Assembly: GCA_965153285.1 (NCBI GenBank)
Contig: OZ229118.1
DNA length: 64,000 nt
From: Podarcis tiliguerta
Taxonomy: Eukaryota
Direction: 5' to 3' (one strand)
Made by a program: the position numbers and the translations under genes. Shown piece by piece: positions 39,014 to 53,429 of the stretch (its first letter is position 1; the number at the start of each line of letters is the position of its first letter). The notes under the pieces are model-generated. The model had not been told where the DNA came from, searched no databases, and saw only the letters and a list, made by a program, of their open reading frames with translations.

Positions 39014-40984
39014 ATATTGATGCTGAAGATCTGTGCTGTGAACTTAGCAATAGCTCGAAGACTTCCAAAGTCTATGCTACCCTAAGGAATATATGTCTTC
39101 ATACCACAACAAAAACCCCTGGATAATGTGCCTAATGTTTCTGTTGCCCTAAAGAACCTTCTCACACTTTGTGTCACTGGCAAGTGGTGAATGAAATTTC
39201 TCACAGCTCAGGTTTATAAAAAATCTACATACACTCAACAACTTTGCAAAAGAGACTTGTTGGCTTGACAACCATATCAATTATATCCTTGACCTGAAGG
39301 AATTGGTAACAAAATTTGCAAAAGAAAAGGCATGCAAAGTGAGATTTTGATGTTCCTGAAATTGAAACTTTGAAGAGTCTTAAAATTTAATATCACAAGT
39401 CACAAGATTATTCAAAATGATTTGCAGGCTAAAACATTTTCTTTTATATTTGAGAAAAGATCATCAAAGATTGCTGTATTTCCTATTCTTACAATTTAAA
39501 ATAAATTTAGCAGTTTTAAGTTTTGTGCTTTTCTTTTTTTCTAAAAGACACCAGTTTTTTAAAATGGAAGGTAGCAATTTGGGAGGTGGGAGGGTTGCAA
39601 GTTCTTAGGCTTGCCTAGAGCAAAAAACAGCTTGGCACCAGCACTACAGTGTAAGTGTGTGGTTGAGCACGAGCGAGGATGGATAGATGGATATCCCCAG
39701 GGAAGGCTATAAAGTATCAGATTTATAGTTAATCTAAAATTTGACCATGCTGCATATAAAATTCATTTTATTTGGTGCTCTCAGACACCGTACTCCCTCT
39801 TTCTTTTCATTTGTCATCCAATGCTGCAGTGCTTTGTTTATTCTTTGCCTTTTGGATAGGTTTCCAAACCACCACTTTCACAGATAAGATAATGTCTGCA
39901 TCACGTTGCCAGTGACTTACAATCCAGGATTCCTGTTGTGTATTCAGTGAAACGAGATAACAGTACAATAAATGTTCATTGAAAGACATTTTAGAACAGG
40001 TTACTTCATATTTGAGCAACCATTGGTTTTATAGCATGCCTTGTGTAATAAGTCACTCAGTTGTAGCTCATATCACATATCCACAGAATTTGAAATGTCA
40101 GTTTATGGTGTTTCTTCAAAAAGCCTAAACCTAAGACTACACAGCCGTTTTCAGATATATCCTATTCCTTAGACCCACAGCAATATATTCCAGTACAGGG
40201 AGCCAGTACATCAACACAGATGCTCAGGTGTGACAGATCTTGGATGTCAATGCAATATCAGAAATAGGTTTAATTCAAGCTGTAGACTTGCTCAACATCA
40301 GAAATCCCTTGCCAAATTCCCCAGTTCATGTCAGGGGCCCTATATGGGGAAGGAGTAGATAATCGGGTTTGTATGGAAAAGGTTCTGGGTTGACCCCCCA
40401 GGACCTCCAGGTAGAATCCTGTCTGAAATCCTGGAAAGCTGCTGCTAGGCAGTGTAGACAATATACTAGATGGGCCGATGGGCCGACTCAAGATGATCTC
40501 TTCCTGTGTTTTTCATCCTGGTAAGTAGATCTGGCATCAGGAGTTGGCATCATCAGACACCTGCTGAACCCCACCATACCATAGCATATGCCATCTGTGC
40601 TCCTCCCCGCCTCTGTTGCGTTCTGTTCCCTTGCCTTCTCCAAGCATGCTAGCAGAAACAAAGATCAACGGGGAGAAGTAAGATCATCACTCACATGGCT
40701 TGCTCTCTCAAGATTGAGCCCTGAGGGGGAGGGCCAGTGAATGGGTAGTGCTGATGGTAGCAAGGGGTAGTGTTAAGCTACAGAGGTGGGCGCTGACATC
40801 TCATTCCCCCAATGTGGAGCTGATATTGTTGGTATGACGGCTAACAGCAAGGACAAACTCAAGGAAGGAGAAATATCTAACCTAAATTGTACCATTTATG
40901 GGCCTCTCAAAACTAGCAATTAGTCTGATCCCATTTTGTTCATTTTCACTTTTTTTACATTCTGTTTCATCCCCTTTGTATCTT

Positions 40985-41433
40985 ATATACAACAATAGAG
41001 AGTGTTCGCATCTCGGTGTGGTACTCTGGTTTGACATCAACTGATAGGAAGGGCCTACAGAAGGTGGTGAATACAGCATAAGATATTATGAGCTGTCCCA
41101 TGAATCCGCTGGATGAAATAGCGGAAGAACCTTGCCTCAGGAGAGGGAGGAAAATTCTCAGGGATGATTCACACCCTGGCTGGCACTTTCTTGATCTCCT
41201 GCCCTCAGGCAGAAGATATAGAAGCATGATTAGTCGCACCAACAGGGTAAAGAACAGCTTCTATCCATGCGCTTTTAGGCTGCTGAATGAAAAGATAACA
41301 ACAGGGCAACTGACTTTTGGGTTTGGTGGGTGTGCGTCAGTAAACAAGGGGAATTAAGACTAAGAGAGCTGAGTGGGGGGTGCTTGTGTAATCTCACTGT
41401 ATACAAGTTGTACAAGTGACAATAAAGTATTTC
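40985..41433 (+). mobile_element. Rex1/Babar LINE 3' fragment
   Basis: Peptide ..KILRDDSHPGWHFLDLLPSGRRYRS..RTNRVKNSFYP.AFRLLN is the characteristic Rex1/Babar ORF C-terminus; AATAAA near the 3' end. Confidence 0.85.
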
Positions 41434-44400
41434 AGTATAGCAGTTTGTGCACACACACAAAACTCTTTAAATATTCACTTATACAATACTTTTTTTTGCC
41501 TGGGTGTTGTTGTTGTTGTTGTTTTTACATTTCCAACATATGTTTGAACATATTTTCTTGTTATTTTATTTATTTGTTGTATTCTTACCCTGCATTTCCT
41601 TCTAAAAGTGCCTGGGATGGTGTAAGCATAATCCAACATATCATCAAGATGAAATATTTTAACGCAATTATAAAAAAATTCAATAAAACCACATACACAC
41701 ACACACACATTAAGGCATTTTGTGCATTTTTTCCCCTCAGGCAAGAACGACCTCACAAAATTCAGAGAATGCAGTACAGCAAGAGAAGTAGCAAGAAATA
41801 TAGCAAGAAATAACAACAGTAGTAAGCAATGAAAATAATGACAATATAGCGAGGGGAGTAATTGACAAAAGTTAGTGTTCTAGCAGGGTAGGTGCAGTAG
41901 GGTAGTGGTAGAGTCTTGGACATGGGCTGGGGAAACCAAGGTCCACATTCCCACTCATTCATGGAACCCACTGAGTCACCTTGTGCTAGTGGCTATCTCT
42001 CAGGCTTGGTACATGACAAGGTTGCTGTGTGGATAAAACAGGGAAAATGTTTTCCTTGGGGAAAATGTGAAATATAAATGTAATAAGTCACAGTGGTTGG
42101 ATCAGACTATGAGAGTCACCAGCAGAAAAACTGGAGTAAAAGAATATAATTTACAGTGAACCTGCATATGTGTGTCTTTGGGTCTGTACACACTCCGAGT
42201 AGGCATGCTCCTAGTTTCTTTTAATACCTCTCCCCTAGTTATCAGCATATCTTCTTAAAATAATCCAAGCCCTACCATTTCCAGTAGCCGAGACCAGTAA
42301 ATATCGGCACAGAGATTCAAATACTGGAAGAAATCAGTCTGTCCCTATTTACTATATAAAACAACCCAACTCCATCTAATGTTGAATGTAGTTGAGTTCA
42401 AAGCTGTTCCATGTGGGTGGTGTGGGTTTTTGTTTTGTTTTTTGGTCAATGAATAAGGTCATTACCCTGTTTTCAAACTCATTAATTTTGCTACAGTACA
42501 AAGATTAAGGCTGTAATTTTGCACAAAATTAAGCTGTTCCAACTCCACTGATCTCAACGTGATTTGAGCACCATGTCCACTCACAACGAAGCCCCTGTTG
42601 AGTTCAACAAGACTGAATTCCAGATAAGTGCATTGAAGCTTTCAGCCTAAAATATCACAATAGATTTTAGATTTATGTTCTGCAATCCTCTCCAAAACTT
42701 GTCTGCAGTCTGGCAGCTTTTATGAGAAAATAAATCTGAACTATTTTTAAAAAGTTGCTATCTGTTTGGAAGATTAGTGTGTTTGTTATTTGGAATGAGT
42801 TGCCATTAGCATACATGGCTGTATACCGAGGGCTTTCTGGTACTTTGATCAAAACTGGAAACTGTCTCAGAAGAACACAAGCTTAACAGAGTGCCAAAAG
42901 CTTAATTCTTCACTAGTAAATAATCTGTATGTCTGAGATAGTATGCAAGTCAGGTAATCCTCTCTCTAGTTGTTTTGAGGCTACATTCCAACTTGAAGGG
43001 TTGTGATCTTTTAAATAGCTATCAAGCCAAATATTTTCCTTTATTCCAGTCAAGATCTCCATACGGTAACAGTATAAAAGGATCTCAGGAACAAAAGGAT
43101 ACATTTGTACACTGTATGCTAGCACCATGATACCAAAGGCTTCATTAGGGTGCTTTTGTGCCTGAGAAGTGTGGGCATGGGCTGGCCAGTTATGTGTCGC
43201 CAAACGAGAGGATACACCACAACCCCCCTAAAAATAAACCCCCCAAGATATTTACATAAATTTTGCCTGAGCTAATTTATACATATAGATGCAAAATCAG
43301 AATTTCAATTTCACAGAAGGCAACTGATTTCCCACCCAATCATCCAGAGTAATTTCTTTAATTAATGTGCATTATCAGTGGCCTCTTCGCAGCAGAGGCA
43401 CTACCAACCTATCAGGAGGAAGAAAGAGAGGGATGCGGCAGTGGTGAGGAGCCAACCAATGCGCCCCCACAGCACAAACCACCACACCACTGCACCCCTC
43501 CCTCTCTCTTGGTAAGCAGTACCAACTCCACTGCCAAGTGTGTTACTGCCTGTCCTCACTGACCTCTCCCAATTTGCACTCATCTCCAGTTCACCCCCAA
43601 TGTGTTAATTCCTCTTCAAATAACTTCCAGCCAATATATTTTCCTCCCACCCAAATCCTGCTCCAAAACGATTCCCCTTCAATTATTTTACCTGATTCAT
43701 AGGTGCATAACTCTGCCTGGGGTGAGGATGTTTTGAATAGAATACGAAGTGGCCAGCAGGTTATTGATGGTCTTTCTTCTTCCTCAACCTCTTCTTTTCT
43801 GCAAGATGGCAGCTGAACTGCCTGCCACCACATAATGGAAAATGATATCTCAGCTTGACCCCTGGGAAATGATAGCATAAGGTGTGTACTGTCATTTCCA
43901 TTTCCAGGGACATTGTAGGGAGAGACATAGCTGCCCTGTGGGCAGCTTCCATGCATCAACAATGGAAGTTTCCAAGAAGGCTCTCGTCTTTCTTATTCCC
44001 TGTGAGCTTTACGCGTGGTTGATATTTAGATACGCACTCCTCAGCATGTTGTTTGCAGTACACTCATGTGATATGACTGCAGTGTGTGAGCACCTGCACA
44101 TCTGAATTGGCTCTGAATCCCATATGGAAATCAGTCCCTCCCGACTGCTTCCTCTCTTCTCACACTTAAAACATTCCTGAAGATCCTTTGCTTGGTTTTA
44201 GAGTATCCCCTCTTGGATTCTTTCTACAGTTGCTTCTCCTTTTCTGTACCATTTTCCTTTTGTTAACACTCACCTATACATTTTCTATGTTTTTCTTACG
44301 TAAAGCACACCTTAGAGCAGGCGTAGGCAAACTCGGCGCTCCAGATGTTTTGGGACTACAACTCCCATCATCCCTAGCTAACAGGACCAGTGGTCAGGAA

Positions 44401-45616
44401 TGATGGGAATTGTAGTCTCAAAACATTGTTTATCACCCATTTTATTTTTGTATGAAAGAATAAGCAAGGTTAAGGAGTCTGTTTTAAATTTTGAAAGCAC
44501 TCTGTTTTTTGTTTTTTGTTTTTAAGCACCGTGCAACCGACATTGATCTATTTATGCCAGTAATTTATGCAATGCTGAATCAGAATTTACATTAAAACTT
44601 TGAAGTACATGGTACAAATAGTTGTGCTGTTCAAAAGTCAAGCTTTCCTTTTGAAGAGTTTCATACTAAGCAAGAGTTGTGATTTTAATGGGGTTTTCCT
44701 TTCCCTGCCTAAGATATAAGAAGTGAGTTGTAAAGATTTATGTACTATGTCACAGTGTTCTTAGACACTGCTGTTACCTTAAGATTGCTTCTTTTATGAA
44801 AACATTTTTCTTCTACTCTCCATCAGAGTTACATCTCGTGCTTTGCAACCAGCACTGTTGTTTTTCGTTATTAAAACAACCACATCAAAAGTGTCAGCAG
44901 CATTTCGGAAAAGCACATCTGCAAATATTAAAGTATTTTGCAGCTCTGTCAAAATGTAATGGTCTTTTTCTTTGGGGGTGGGGGGAGAGAGAAAATGCCA
45001 TAGAAGTTAAAAAACAAACAAACCTGAAATCAAAACTTTCCAAACTTCCCAACATAAAGGTTTTCTTTTCCTACTAATGTTTCCGTGAGCGCAATATTTT
45101 TTAACCAATTGGTTAGTTATCGTTCTTGTTTAATTATATAGCATCATTAAAACAACAACAACAACAAATTGTTTCCATTACTTCCTGCAAGACACCATGA
45201 GTGATAAAAACAACCACTTTGGGAGTCAACTCCTCACTCCTTGTACCTCCTGGCCAGAAGAGGGAGCCACAGATACATCAAGCCAGGTTATTAATGCATC
45301 TTGAGTGCTACCAAGGGCGTAAAATATTTGTGCAGCCTGTACCAACTGCTGGTTCATGACTTTCTGTTTCTATGCTATATGCTTACTTTCCTGGATGTCC
45401 ATTCTCGGTTCTTTACACCTGTTCCTAGCTTCTCAAACCTGCTCTGCAAGGCATGTATGGGCAGCCGGCAGCCCTCCAGCTGTTGCTGGACTCCAACATC
45501 AGCTCCAGCCAGCATGAGCACTGGGAGCATGGAAGTTGTAGTCTCACACCTTTGGCCCACAAGTTCCCCATCTCTGCTCTTTGTGCTATGTGCTATGTAC
45601 ACTGCTTCATATCACT

Positions 45617-45861
45617 TACCAAAGGTGTCATGGGCTTTGAAGACACTCAAACTCAAGACGCAAGGGGGAAACGTGCTAAGAGGAAGGCACACTTGGCAAA
45701 TCCACACCGTGATCAACTCCTGCCCGGAAACCAATGTCCCCACTGTGGAAGGATCTGTGGTTCCAGAATTGGCCTCCACAGTCACTTACAGACTCATTGT
45801 TAAAACCATGTTTATGGAAGACAATCTTACTCAGCTATGAATGATCGCCAAAGAAGAAAGA
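45617..45861 (+). mobile_element. RTE-clade LINE 3' end (non-BovB)
   Basis: C-terminal C2H2-like CPHCGRICGSRIGLHSHLQTH, (GAA)n tail, 8-bp TSD ATATCACT (45609-45616 / 45862-45869). Confidence 0.85.
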
Positions 45862-47815
45862 ATATCACTAATGGCTTTCTTGTTTGTTTGTTTGTTTGTA
45901 CACTTTTGGCTAACAGCACTTGAGACCTACTGCCCCAATTATTTAGTAAGTTTGTGAGAAATGACTCTCAAAAATAAGGACCCATAGAGTTAGAAGGTAC
46001 CACAAAGGTCAACTAGTTGAATACCCTGCATGACTGGAATATGTGTGTATTGCTCACCTTAATAACTTATCATTACACCAAATACATACACTCTACTCCA
46101 GATTACTCAAAAGACGAGATCCATACATGTACTTGGGGTCTTCTATGTGGGTGTCTTTGTTTTGTTTTCCCTGTCAATGACTTCAGCTGATCTGAGAAAG
46201 ACATTCCATGAATGAACCAGATGAGGGGAGGAACTGCCAGTGATCCACAGCTATCCATGTGGCTCTTGGATGGTTTCATACCATTTACAGTAATTGATTC
46301 TTTGGATGTAATAGCTGTTAGCAGAGTTTTATTTTATTTTTTAAAAAAGTTTTGCAGTGTTATCAGAAAGCACAGCTTCTGCTAAGGAACTGCAACATTT
46401 GCTAACTGAATAAACTATGGTGTATTATAAGTTATGTCCACCTAAATTATGGGAGTGTTTAATTCAAGAATAGTCAACATGTTGTCCTCCAGATGTTATT
46501 GAACTCCAAGTCCCATCAACACCAGCCAGAATGAACAGTGGCCAGAGATAGCGGGAGGGCACCATCATTGCCATCCTTCCTCTAAGAAGATGCAGATATA
46601 CGCTGGATTGTACATCCTAATGAACATAAGACTTTCTACCTCCTCTCCTTCCCACATAATGTAGAGTTTGCAAAACTTTAATCATAGACATCTCTCTTAA
46701 ATATAGCAATAAATCACAACATATGAAAGATTAGCAGGCAGCAATACTTGAATGCTGGCTATATCTAGATGCATTAATCACACCAGAAGAGCACCAATAA
46801 TTTTCAAATGCACACCTTGGAATATTTTACAGCTGTTAGCACATGGCTCATTAATGATACATTTCATGCTTTAAAACTTACACTAAAGTCAGGTAGGAAT
46901 TTTATACTGCACCATTTCACCATTAAAAACAGTTAGAGACCTGGAAAAAGTATACTGCAGGTTTATAGCTACTTTCTGCATAAATTTGTCATTTATGGTT
47001 GCTGTGTTTTTTTTAAAAAAATGCATATAGGCTGCTTATTCGTCACAAGGCAAGCTTATACTGAAAAGCAATTAAAATGACATGAGAAACAATTTGAGTT
47101 AAAAACTAGCAGCAGCTCCTACAAAGAAACATAACAGTTCTAAATCCCAGAAAACCAGATGAAATTAAATGTTTTATTGATCATCTAAACATTGCAGTGT
47201 AAGAATTGTAATGGCTAATTTCCCTGATAATGGAATTCTACATTGCTGGGGCCACCACCAACAAGGCTCTCAAAAGGAAATGGCACTAAAAGCAGCATCT
47301 GTCTGGCACATTCTACTTCACAGGGATGTAGGGGAGATATTTGAAAAAGGCACTGCTGTTCTTAACCTTAGGAAATATTTTGGCTAATTTTAAGAAACAA
47401 ATGAGAATATATTCGGAGAGACCACTGTCCCCCTGGACAAATTCAAATATTACTGTGAAAAACAGAGGCTTCTCATGTGGATTGTGCAAATGTGTGCTGT
47501 GTTGTATAGTGAACACATTGCAGCAAAAATATGTTTGGATAGGGTTGCCATATTTCAAATGCTTTTGGGCTTTTTTAAAAGGAAATTATACATTTACTTT
47601 TATTTATTTTACTTATGGCTTTTTAGAACAAATGATTCAAAAAAATAGTGCTCAATCCATAACAATATTCGAAACCGTTAATTTAAAAAGCCATTACATT
47701 CAAACAATATAACTGGTTTAAACCAGCCCCAGCATTCCCATTTAAACGCCAAAAAAGATGTGCCTTCTAATCTTTTAAAAAAGAGATCAGAGGGCGAAGC
47801 TGCCTAAGCTGCACT

Positions 47816-48060
47816 GAGAGCCAGTGTGGTGTAGTGGTTAAGAGCGGTAGTCACGTAATCTGGGTAACCGGGTTCGCGTCTCCGCTCCTCCACATGCAGC
47901 TGCTGGGTGACCTTGGGCCAGTCACAGTCTCTCAGCCCCACTCACCTCACAGAGTGTTTGTTGTGGGGGAGGAAGGGAAAGGAGAATGTTAGCCGCTTTG
48001 AGACTCCTTAAAGGGAGTGAAAGGCGGGATATCAAATCCAAACTCTTCTTCTTCCTCTTC
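47816..48060 (+). mobile_element. Squam3-like tRNA-headed SINE
   Basis: GAGAGCCAGTGTGGTGTAGTGGTTAAGAGC head to (CTT)n tail. Confidence 0.88.
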
Positions 48061-50220
48061 TAAGTTCCCATGGGATCACAGTCCATAAGTAAGGGGCCAA
48101 CACGGAGAAGGACCTACCTCTTGCACACACACACCCAAATACGTGACACATTATGGATGCTGAGATGTACAGTTCAAGTCTCCTTCCACAGGAATGGATG
48201 AAATGGCATGGACAGAGAATGGCTACTGCTGCTTTTGCCACCACTGCCCCCCCCCCCCTTTAGCTGTGCCATGTAAGGTTTGTGGATACTGGTGGAAGCA
48301 GAATAAGTGGATGCAGCAGTGAGAATTTTGAGTGCCTGTGAGTGTTTTGCATGCACTCATATGGAGCATGTGAAAATGAAAGCCCATATTGGGAAAAGCA
48401 TCCCTGGCAGTTCCTCTGGTGTGATATGGTATCCACAACGATTTTTGCACTTATTTTGAGATATCCTTAAAGTGAGAGAAAACATGTGCAGCATATCATA
48501 TATTTGGGGAGCTTTGTCAACATTTTAGATACGTCTGCCAGAGCTTATGAACCACATTTACTGTAATGCATATCTGATTCCCTAGGGAGGGGGAGAAAGC
48601 AGCTTGATATTGTATCTCGGTGAAAACAGGTACCAGCTGCAAAGGTTGAAAAGAATTTAGGTTGATGTGAAGAAAAGATGAATGTAGATAAAGTGCTTCC
48701 TTCCTGCTGAAAATGTCAGTGGTGTGTGTGTAATTTCTCTCTGCTCGAAGAGCTTTAGGTCTCCAGACACCCAGTGCAGAATAAATAAAGGAAATTATTC
48801 AAGATTATTGAAAAGGGATTAGTGGTAGAATTAAGCAGAGTTGTGTGCTTGAGTGGCTGCTTGATTGCTCTTCACTCATAGGCACCTGACTGGCAACGAT
48901 AACCAAATCTATGTGGTATGTTTCTTAAAAGACTGCATATAGTGTGTCTTTTAAATGAACAGCAACACAATGCTCACAAGCATAGTTCCTAACATGGCTA
49001 TCGGAAATCAAATGAGGCCACCATCTTAGCTAAAAATAAAAGTCACCTCTTTCCTTATGCATAATGATAAATTCACTTTCATGCTCTTGGAGTTTTACAT
49101 TAAGCTATCCAGTTCAGCACAGTTAATTTAAAATGTTCCTTTATACTATCAAATATTTAGTGGCTTTTTGGTTCTATTAGGATTTGAGGTAATAAAATGA
49201 TATTTTCCCTCATATCAGGAAACATTCCTGCATTTGTTATATAGGGATTGTATACAGTCTATAGGGTTAAAAAAAGAGATTTCAAAGATCACCTTAAATA
49301 AGTATTTGGCTTGGAGTGAGTGGGGAAATTGTTCCTATAATCAGGTGGTTGCATACACCTGCCCTGATCTCTGTGTATAACAGAGGGTGCATGACTTCCC
49401 TGTGTGAGAGAGAATCACCTCCATCAAAAGATGGACAAGCAACTGTTAGATATGGCACCAAACAAATGTCCATATTTTTGTTTAGCCTAAAAAAGATTTG
49501 CAGATTTCATCCTTCCTATCCACCAAGACAAATTGGTGGTGTCAATTTGACCTCTCTAACTGTGTTGTTCAGCTTTGGTATGTTACCTCACATTCAGGCG
49601 AAACTAATAAGGAAGGTCTTTGCTTGTGGGATTGGACATCAAACCAGAAACCACATTAGCTTGCAAATGGGAAGGCTTCGAAAAGAACATATTCACCGAG
49701 TGCCACTGGAGAGCTAATAATCATCTTCAGCCTTGATTGTAGTCTTAAATTACGGTGAAGATCTACATTCCACAAAGGATAATTAAAGCTTGTTTAAAGC
49801 TGGTACTCATATTATCTTGAAAAGAGAGGGGGAAAATGAAATAGTACTTCTGGCAAATCCATACAAGGAACAAGGTGTTGGAGGCAAAGCCTGCTTTCTG
49901 TATTTATGTATAGCACCTACTGAAAGTGCTATAGCAACAGCCATAATGAAAATACACACTTTAATAGGAGACAATGCTTACTTGCTAACCTGCCTGCTTA
50001 TTTTGTGTGGAACTACGCATCCAGAAGCAATGACAATGGTAATGAGTTCCTATGAACTAGGAAAATCTAGATATCTATAGATATAAAAATAGATATATAT
50101 CAGAAAAATAGTAATTACTGCAGCTTTTCGTTGAGTGACCTTATTGGTTGACTTTTATCAATACAGCAAAAATAAGATAGTGACAATCCTGTGGTCCAAT
50201 ATCTCATATCTTCCAACACA

Positions 50221-50445
50221 CAGTGGTACCTCGGGTTAAGAACTTAATTCGTTCCGGAGGTCCGTTCTTAACCTGAAGCACCACTTTAGCTAATGGGGCC
50301 TCCTCCTGCTTCCGTGCCGCCGGAGCACAATTTCTGTTCTCATCCTGAAGCAAAGTTCTTAACCCGAGGTACTATTTCTGGGTTAGTGGAGTCTGTAACC
50401 TGAAGCGTATGTAACCTGAAGCATATGTAACCCAAGGTACCACTG
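50221..50445 (-). mobile_element. Tigger/pogo-like MITE
   Basis: Same TIR as the 28390 copy, opposite orientation. Confidence 0.9.
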
Positions 50446-51511
50446 TATTTATATGATGGCAGTTTTCACTGCAAATCACCAAAGTTATGTACGCTGAAAT
50501 CAGTTGGATTTTCTGCAACTTACATCTTCAAGATTGGAATACCAGTCCACTGTCCTTGTATTGAATGCTTAATATGTTTTTCAAAAATTATAGGAAATGC
50601 AGATTATTATTTTTTTAAAAAAAATCATAGTGCACATTGTTGCACATATCTCAGCTATCAGCAGATATACATATAGAGATCAATTGACTTCCATTTGTGA
50701 TCTGTTTCAAAGTTAATGAATTTCCAGAGGAGTAGCCCTATTAGACTTTTGTAGCAAGATGAACCAAGAGTCATGTGACACCTTAAAAACAAAGTTAATG
50801 AAGTAGCTAGTGGCCCATCACAAAACCATCTGTGACTGCAAACAAGGCTTCGTTGAATTCAGTGGGACATATTTTCAGGTAAGTGGGGTTAGAACTGCAG
50901 CCTCTCTTACTAGCTTAACGAGACAGAACTGAACCCTAACTGACTCAGTAATCTACTTATCATTCACTTTATTGCAAGATTTTATTTCAGAAATGCATAT
51001 TTTGTACAAAAAGAATGGCCATGTTTATGTGTCTGCTGAAACATAATGCTCATGCTAATTTATGTTTTAGATATTTGTAGTAAACACAATTTTAGGTTTG
51101 ACAGTTTTAATTCCTTTTTGTGCCAATGCATTTCCAATCCTTGAAAAAGAGCAATAATGAATGGTGCATCTGTTTGATTTTTACATTTAGTTAGGCATTG
51201 GCTGGGCATTTGATTTCTAATATTTTTCCCCATAAAATATTATACACCACTTGATTGCTAAAATAAGCTCAAAGCGGTTTATAAAGTTGGGCAAGGACAC
51301 ATTTAAAACAAAGGTTTAGGAGATGGGTTGATGTTAAAAAATGAGCAGTCAAATGCAGATGGCTCCCCCCTCTTTAAAAAAGAAACTCAGACTTTAACTG
51401 AGGTGTGCATAGGGAGACAAAAGATAAGAAATGAGATCACTTCTTTCAACGTAAAAGGAACAATAATGGACAATCCATTCTATTGCTAAAGAAATACTGT
51501 TGGAAGTTGAT

Positions 51512-51607
51512 TAAGGCTGCAATTCTAAGCCCATTTCACTTGGTGTCAGCCATACTGAATTCAATGGGAATTACTTCTGAGAAACCTTGGTTAGGACCTC
51601 AGCCTTA
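51512..51607. repeat. ~90-bp hairpin MITE-like repeat
   Basis: TAAGGCTG...CAGCCTTA inverted termini with TA ends. Confidence 0.65.
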
Positions 51608-52710
51608 GTGTATATAGGCTGCCTCTGGCAATGAACTTACAAAAAGGCAGAAAACAGCATTTCAGGGGGAAAGCAAAGCAATGGGGCACCTAATAGAATT
51701 GAGCAGGATTGGCAGCAACAAGCAGCAGATAATTTCTTTGCTTATAAAAATATTTTATTATCTTGCAAATTATGCTGCTTTAAATGTGCATTTTATATAT
51801 GACTTCCTTTAGTAATGTTTTCTTTCGAAATGTTTAAGATTCTTGGTCAACTTTGCTGTTTTAAATGTGCAGTCTGTAGATGACCTTCTTTATAATGTTT
51901 TATTTCAAATTCTTGAATAGATTATTTTAGTTTCTCTACTTTCTATACAATTAGGCTGTATATCCAACCCATTATTCTGTTGGAAATTATTTGTACGTTA
52001 GTGGTCTATGCTTTTTGAATTTTTATTTTTACATAATACAAAGCTTTTTTTTTTTTTTTAAGGACATGAGTTACTCGTTGGATAAATTATTGTATGCTAT
52101 TTCTTGTCATATTATGGGTCTGGTCAGGAGCTCTTTATCACATTGGATTTATTTTTCTTCAATAGTATGAACCAAATACACATTATAAGGAGAATTCATA
52201 AATTCTTTCCCTTCTCCTATTGTATGGGAAGTTTGTGACAATGTTATTATGTATTTGAATAATACCTCTTTTTTTAAAAAAAAAAACCTCTTGCAGCGAA
52301 AAATGCTCAAAGGGAAGAGAAAGGGGAGCAGGGGTCAGGTTCTCTTCAGCTTTCAGATATTATGTAGGCAGTAATAGATGTGTCCTTCAGCAAAGGTCTT
52401 TTAATCACAGCAGGTCATATTTTGAGCTGCCGTTCAACATTCCTGCTTGTGATCTTAACAGGCAACAAAAGGAGCAGTTTAATAATGGACCTGGGTATTA
52501 CTATGTTCTTAATATTGCTAAATACAGTTTTTCTTCCTCTGAACCATTATCATAATCCTATGCCTACTTATTTTATTCAGCACTGAAGCTTTTCTCTCAT
52601 CTGCAGACTTTATAAATCAAAAGATGATAGCTAGATAGATACCACCTAGACTGATTTTCACAGGTCAAAACCAAAGGAGTGTTTATATATACTGGATATA
52701 TATATATATA

Positions 52711-53429
52711 TTTGCTTTCGTAGATTTTCACGGGTACAGGAATGCAGGTTTTGGTGTCCTCGGGTGTCTTCCCGTGTAAAAGTTGGGGTGTCTAGGCGAC
52801 GTTTCGACGAGGTCTCACTCGTCATCTTCAGGCTGGTGCTTTCGGCTTCTTGTTACTGGAACAGAGCAGGATCTCAGTGTTTGAGTTCCTATAAATACTG
52901 TTGAGGAGGTGTGGTGTATAGCCTCCAATGTTCTGGGCAGAGAGGAGGTTCCCAGGCTAGTGTGCCTTTTCTTCTTTTGTTCCTTAATTACTTGAGGGAT
53001 ATCTTGAGTGATTTCTTGAGTGATTTCCTGAATCCCACTTAGGTGGGTCATTAGGTGTGGATTAGTTGCTAAAGCCTTCGTGTCTTGAACTCTTGAACTT
53101 TGTGAAGAGTTTTTCTGAGAAGATGGCTGTACTGCACTTGGTTGTGCTCTGGCTTGGCTTCGTGTATAGGGGCGAGCTGTGGTTTTGTGGCCTGTGCCAG
53201 CCAGATCTGTGTAGGGATTGCAGGGGAGTGCAGCATCCGGAGGTGCCACCCTGGTTTGGCTACTGGATGGTGTCTGTAGTTTATCTGTGGAGAGGGTCTG
53301 GGTTTGGGTCTGGTGTGGTTGATTGGTGATGGCGTTCTGTGTGCCTCTGGATCTGGTGTCAGATTTTGTGGGGAGGGCTAATTTCCAGATGTCTGGCAAG
53401 CGGGATGTGTCGTCACGCTTGTTCATGTT
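52711..53429 (-). mobile_element. Penelope-like element 3' end (copy with extra 31-nt tail)
   Basis: Reverse complement of 53453-54140 plus a unique tail 52711-52741 (minus strand TCCTGTACCCGTGAAAATCTACGAAAGCAAA) abutting (TA)n. Confidence 0.85.
52798..52831 (-). ncRNA. Minimal hammerhead ribozyme core (mirror copy)
   Basis: Reverse complement of 54051-54084. Confidence 0.7.

Noticed and set aside
45650-45803. Host C2H2 zinc-finger gene
   Set aside because: The motif is the C-terminus of an RTE LINE, followed by a (GAA)n tail and flanked by a TSD.
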